Positions 59,592-64,000 of a DNA stretch of 64,000 nucleotides are shown piece by piece. The DNA lies in assembly GCA_965116875.1 (NCBI GenBank), contig OZ220733.1, forward strand, positions 2,816,001 to 2,880,000. Reading direction: 5' to 3'. Within the stretch, counting starts at the first letter, position 1. Every line of letters begins with the position of its first letter. A program made the translations under genes and the position numbers. A model generated the notes under the pieces. The model was not told the origin of the DNA. It was given only the letters and a program-made list of their open reading frames with translations, and did no database searches. The stretch is from Candidatus Latescibacterota bacterium. GTDB taxonomy: Bacteria > Latescibacterota > UBA2968 > GCA-2709665.

Positions 59592-62500
59592 ATGCATATC
59601 GAACGTCCGCGTCCACTCGAGCCTGAAACGCCTTTGCACACTGCGACCCGCGTTCTGGTGGCTGCGCCCCGGTCCGGGCATGGCCGGACGGCGGCGGAAC
59701 GTATCCACCGTGCGCTGCGGGACCTGACGACCAGCGCCGAACTCCTGGAAGACCCGCCTGGGGACGTGCTGACCGCGGCTGACGGTCCGGTGATCGTCGT
59801 CGGGAACCTGTCGGACAGCCGGTGCGTACGGGAACTCTACTTCCGGTTCCTGTGTGCGACGGACCTGTGGTATCCGGGCCCAGGAGGGTTCGAACTTCGG
59901 ACGCTCTGCAACCCTTTCGGGACCGGCTGCAACATCATCCACGCGGGATACAGCGACGCCGCAGGCTCCGCGGCGGTCACGGAGGCGTTCCATTCACGCC
60001 TGAACGATCCGATTCCACACCTGGCTGTGCTGAACGTCACAAGGCTGCCGATGTCGTCGCACGAGGCGGCTCAGGTCCGCGCAGAGCCGCTCCTTCCAAC
60101 GGCGTGGCAGATCGCGAATACGATGCAGGGTGACCTGAAGGGTTATCTCTACTATCTGACGGGAGACCCCGAACTCGGAGCGGAATACCGCCGTGCGTGG
60201 GAGGCGGTTGTCGAAAGCGGATACGTAAAGTCGGAAAAAATCGTCCAGGCGCACCTGTACAGCCTCAGTCGCCTGCAGCCCTGGCGGCTGGTTGAGCACA
60301 TGGATCTTTTCAACGAGGCGGAACGGCTTGCCATCACCCGGTTCATCTATGGCTGGGCCGAAAGCGAGGAGGGTTGGCATCATGTCGAGCGCTGTCCCCG
60401 GGTGGTGAGCATGCACGTGCCAAGGCAGAACCACGAACTCATTCCAGCCTTGGCGTTGACCTTTGCGGCGACCTATTTCCGGACGCATTTCCCCGAACTG
60501 TCCGGTCCGGATCGATGGGAAAAAGTCGCCCGGCGAGCGTACGCACCGTACGGGCCGTCCTGGAAACCGTTGTGCGACGGACTCTGTCACGGCTGGTGGA
60601 TGTCGCAGCCGGTGATGGTGGAGTATGGGCTCAACGACCCCTCGCACGGGTATTTCGAGCAGGGCGGCGCCAGACAGGCCGCGGACGCCGCGATGGCCGT
60701 GGTGAACAACGAGGGATGGCTCCCGTCGGGCGGAGACAGCGATTTGAACCGGCAGTTTCCCGGGCCGAGCCTGAGGACGGCCGCGGCTTATTATAACGAC
60801 GGTCGATACCGGTTCGTTCACAACCTCGCCCCGCCCGCCCGGAGGCTGGTCAACCTGACCTCGCTCCCGCGTGCGTTCGACGCGGGCGTGACTCCGAGAG
60901 TACCGGACGATCGCACGGGCGTTACCGTTGTGCCTGTCGACCCGCTCCTGTACCACGCGTGGGAACGGGACCCGGGCGGTGCGCCGGGCGTTGTGACCAC
61001 GCCACCGTCCGCTCCGATCGAACGGTGTTTCGACAAGCTGTCGGTGCGTACGGGCTGGGCACCGGAGGACGATTTCCTTCTGATCGACGGTTTGGGCGGC
61101 GGCAGCCATTCCTACGACGACGCGGGCGGCATTCTGGACTACGCCCGGCTGGGTCTCTCGCTGATCGTGCAGGAGGACAGCTTCGTACACTCCGCGCCCG
61201 AGCACATGTCGGCCGTTACGGTCGTGCGGGACGGCGAGTCCGGGGAGATTCCGGGATTCGCGATTCTGGAGGCGAACGAGACGGACGAAGACGGAAACGT
61301 GTACCTGCGGATCCGGTTGAAGGAGTACGCGGGCGCGGACTGGGTGCGCGAGGTCCATCTGCTGCCGGGAAGCTGCGTGGTGTTCAACGATACCGTCATC
61401 GCGAACCTGGCCGGCGACTATGCCGTAGAGGCCCGCTTCCGAACCCCGGCGCGGCTGGGCCTGGACGGTCGCGAGGCGCTGTGCGAGAGGCACAGCCCGT
61501 CCGCCGGGGACGCAGGGTTTCGGATCGAAAGTCTCTGCGATGCGGATTCGCTGGCGGTCGTGGAAGAGCCCGTCCACCTGCGGTACAAGAACGCGGTGGA
61601 TCAGGAACTGTGGAAGGAGCGGTACCATACGAACGACGTCATGCTATCGACACTTGTGGCTCGCCGCGCCTTGCGCCTGGACCCCGGTGAGGGGGTGCGC
61701 CTGACACACGTCGCGCAGGTGTGCGGCCCGGGAGAACCCCCGGTCCACATTCAGGATTCGGGAGACGCGGTCCGCCTTTCGGCAGGCGAAAAGTCACGGC
61801 GCCTTGACATGCTGTCCGTGCGTCCGCCCGTAGCGAGGCGGTTGAACGACGACGGCCGTCCGGGGCAGACGGGCGCAATCCGCGTGTATGACGCCGGCGA
61901 TCGAATCCGCGCAATGCGCCCGCTTGGCGATGGAACGCTGGTTGTGGGATCCGAGGGCGGCGTGGTAACCTTTCTCGATCCGGATGGGCGGCCGGTCTGG
62001 TCCGCGGATCTGGACGGCCCGGTGTACGATATCGGCGCGGCGGAGGGCGACGCCACGGTCCTGGCGGTCGGTCACGGCGCGAGCAGGCTGACCGGACTGG
62101 ATCACGTCGGTCGTCGCATCTGGCAGACGGACATCGAGCGGGAACCCTGTCCGTGGCCATGGTGGGAACTGCCGACGCCGGCCCCTGTACAGGTGGAAGG
62201 CGGAGTGTTTGAGGGCGAGGCCTTCTTTGCCGCGGGCTGCGGCGACATCCAGATCCGGGGGTTCGACGGTGCGGGCCGGGAGCGATGGCGCCAACGTTAC
62301 AACGAGGGGGTGCCCGGCCGCATCCGGGTGGCCGACGTGAACGGGTGCGGTGAACCGGAAATCGTCGTTGGGGGCGAGGTGCTCAGCGATACCTCGAAAT
62401 GCCGCATTCTGGACCCGGACGGGAATTTTCAGGCCCACCTCGACGTGGAGGGGTGGACGAGCATCCTCACCGCGCTGGCGTTCGATGAGACCGGCGGCCG

Positions 62501-62936
62501 GCATCTGCTCGGCTGCGGCGCAAACCGCGGCCGGAACCTGCACGTGTTCGAACTCGATGAGGAAGGGCAATGGCAAAGGCGCTGGTTGAAGAGGCTGGGC
62601 GGGCGCGTCCCGGGCATCCGGATACTGGGGACCGGCCAACGTGTGATCGCGGGTACGAGTCAGGGTTTCCTGCTCTGTTACGACCTGGACGGGAATCGGA
62701 TCTGGCGCCGGCTTTTCGATCAGGGCATCCGTCACCTGGCGCCGCTTGGAGTCGAAACGCTTGTGATCGACGATCAGGGACAGCTTAGCGCGGTTGGCGC
62801 GTCAGGAAGCGTCCGACCGCTTTGCGCGCTGCCGGCGCCCTGTTCGATCGCCGAACCGGACGGCGCGGGCGTGTTCCTGGCGTGCGGCGGCGAAGTGTGG
62901 CGAATTGGACCGCAGGTGGATGTCGGCGTGGATTGA
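59592..62936 (+). CDS. Lyase-like + propeller protein; divergent paralog E
   Basis: YPGPGGFELRT..NPFGTG, RQNHE, PLCDGLCHGWW, FDKLSVRTGW, GGSHSYDD, ADVNG. Confidence 0.72.
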   Translation: MHIERPRPLEPETPLHTATRVLVAAPRSGHGRTAAERIHRALRDLTTSAELLEDPPGDVLTAADGPVIVVGNLSDSRCVRELYFRFLCATDLWYPGPGGFELRTLCNPFGTGCNIIHAGYSDAAGSAAVTEAFHSRLNDPIPHLAVLNVTRLPMSSHEAAQVRAEPLLPTAWQIANTMQGDLKGYLYYLTGDPELGAEYRRAWEAVVESGYVKSEKIVQAHLYSLSRLQPWRLVEHMDLFNEAERLAITRFIYGWAESEEGWHHVERCPRVVSMHVPRQNHELIPALALTFAATYFRTHFPELSGPDRWEKVARRAYAPYGPSWKPLCDGLCHGWWMSQPVMVEYGLNDPSHGYFEQGGARQAADAAMAVVNNEGWLPSGGDSDLNRQFPGPSLRTAAAYYNDGRYRFVHNLAPPARRLVNLTSLPRAFDAGVTPRVPDDRTGVTVVPVDPLLYHAWERDPGGAPGVVTTPPSAPIERCFDKLSVRTGWAPEDDFLLIDGLGGGSHSYDDAGGILDYARLGLSLIVQEDSFVHSAPEHMSAVTVVRDGESGEIPGFAILEANETDEDGNVYLRIRLKEYAGADWVREVHLLPGSCVVFNDTVIANLAGDYAVEARFRTPARLGLDGREALCERHSPSAGDAGFRIESLCDADSLAVVEEPVHLRYKNAVDQELWKERYHTNDVMLSTLVARRALRLDPGEGVRLTHVAQVCGPGEPPVHIQDSGDAVRLSAGEKSRRLDMLSVRPPVARRLNDDGRPGQTGAIRVYDAGDRIRAMRPLGDGTLVVGSEGGVVTFLDPDGRPVWSADLDGPVYDIGAAEGDATVLAVGHGASRLTGLDHVGRRIWQTDIEREPCPWPWWELPTPAPVQVEGGVFEGEAFFAAGCGDIQIRGFDGAGRERWRQRYNEGVPGRIRVADVNGCGEPEIVVGGEVLSDTSKCRILDPDGNFQAHLDVEGWTSILTALAFDETGGRHLLGCGANRGRNLHVFELDEEGQWQRRWLKRLGGRVPGIRILGTGQRVIAGTSQGFLLCYDLDGNRIWRRLFDQGIRHLAPLGVETLVIDDQGQLSAVGASGSVRPLCALPAPCSIAEPDGAGVFLACGGEVWRIGPQVDVGVD

Positions 62937-62949
62937 TTATTCGTCGCCG

Positions 62950-63051
62950 ACCTTTCGACAACCCTTCGGCCCTTCGACAATCCTTCGGCAGGCTCAAGAC
63001 AACGGCTCAGGGACCGCAGGCTCAATGACGTTCGTTGAGCTTGTCGAAACG
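62950..63051. repeat. CTTCGACA/GCTCAG palindromic repeat cluster
   Basis: Shares an exact 27-mer GACAACGGCTCAGGGACCGCAGGCTCA (62998-63024) with 18766-18792. Confidence 0.8.
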
Positions 63052-63223
63052 CCGTCATTGAGCTTGAAGAAGTGCGCGTAATTGTGAAATAGACAACTAT
63101 CTCGGGCAGCGGTACCGGTTTACGTCTCCCTCGGCAGTAGACGCAATCGCCAACGAAGTTCCGCAACCTGTTGTATTTCCAGACAAACACGAAAACAGCA
63201 TCCGCAAAAACAGGGAGGAGCCC

Positions 63224-64000
63224 ATGGACGACTATGAGCGATATCATTTCGACGTGAACGGATATATTGTTGTCGAGGATATCCTGACAACCGACGAGGT
63301 GGCGGCTCTGAACGAGGCGATCGACCATAACCCGGACCAGGTCCACATCCGGAAGGACGAGATGCTGTTGTCCGGCGCCGCCAAACAGCACGGGGGCAAG
63401 GCCGCGCCTCTTTTGAAGGGTTCCCACGGACGGGGGGATATCATGAATATCCTGAACTGGCCCAAACCCTGGTGCCAGCCCTTCCGGGACCTGTTGACGC
63501 ACCCGCGGACGATGCGTTACATGCTGGAACTGATTGGCGACGGGTTCCGCTACGGAAACGCGAACGGGATCAGCATGACGGCCGGCGCCGAGGGCTTCCT
63601 GTTTCACGGGGGCGGCACGCCGAGGGGTCCGTACTATTACGATTTTCAGGACGGTCGGATGTGGAACGGGCTGATGGCGGTCTGCTATCAGCTTACGGAC
63701 ATCAACCCGGGGGACGGCGGATTCGCGTGCATTCCCGGCAGCCACCGGGCGAACTATCCCTGCCCGAACGACGTGCGGCGGCTGGATGTCCACCCTGAGT
63801 GGTTCAGGCATCTCCCGATGAAGGCGGGATCTGCGCTGATCTTCACCGAGGCGCTCACCCACGGCACGCTCCCCTGGACGGCGTCCCACGAACGCCGAAC
63901 GCTGCTGTATCGATACGGCTCGGGAGACATGGTATTCGGATCAGGGCCGGCGATCCACCCGGACGGGTATGAGTCCTTCAAGGATGAATTGACGCCGCTG
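63224..64000 (+). CDS. PhyH-like Fe(II)/2OG enzyme with HxG motif, runs off the window (absent from the ORF track)
   Basis: MDDYERYHFDVNGYIVVEDIL...LFHGGG...GGFACIPGSH...FTEALTHGT...RR; GGAGGAG RBS. Confidence 0.85.
   Translation, partial: MDDYERYHFDVNGYIVVEDILTTDEVAALNEAIDHNPDQVHIRKDEMLLSGAAKQHGGKAAPLLKGSHGRGDIMNILNWPKPWCQPFRDLLTHPRTMRYMLELIGDGFRYGNANGISMTAGAEGFLFHGGGTPRGPYYYDFQDGRMWNGLMAVCYQLTDINPGDGGFACIPGSHRANYPCPNDVRRLDVHPEWFRHLPMKAGSALIFTEALTHGTLPWTASHERRTLLYRYGSGDMVFGSGPAIHPDGYESFKDELTPL

Overview
High-GC bacterial window with three parts. (1) 1-27.8 kb and 49.2-64 kb form a glycan/small-molecule catabolic region. It holds three Gfo/Idh/MocA oxidoreductases, four PhyH-like Fe(II)/2OG dioxygenases, a BNR/sialidase-like protein and two heparinase II/III-type lyases. 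It also holds a family of five complete (plus possibly one partial) ~1100-1290 aa paralogs combining a lyase-like core with a C-terminal FG-GAP/PQQ propeller, and a eukaryote-like sterol C24-methyltransferase. (2) 28.0-47.4 kb is a defence island. Its backbone is SNF2-DUF3883 helicase, DUF1156 methyltransferase and HEPN-DUF499 ATPase (restriction-like/BREX-related), and it is split by cargo genes: a GIY-YIG mini-nuclease and HigB/HigA-IrrE under a shared operator, a candidate sRNA with a consensus promoter, an ATPase plus nuclease-like pair, a PHP-ATPase, an AlbA/Schlafen protein, DUF488 and an orphan MNT. (3) Non-autonomous repeats are scattered throughout: GTAG-REPs, three copies of a ~215 bp element, an IS5/IS1182-like MITE with a target-site duplication, and palindrome clusters. 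The gene content resembles uncultured marine-sponge symbionts (inference only). I saw no rRNA, tRNA, CRISPR array, integrase or transposase. All family calls come from reading motifs by eye; no database searches were run.
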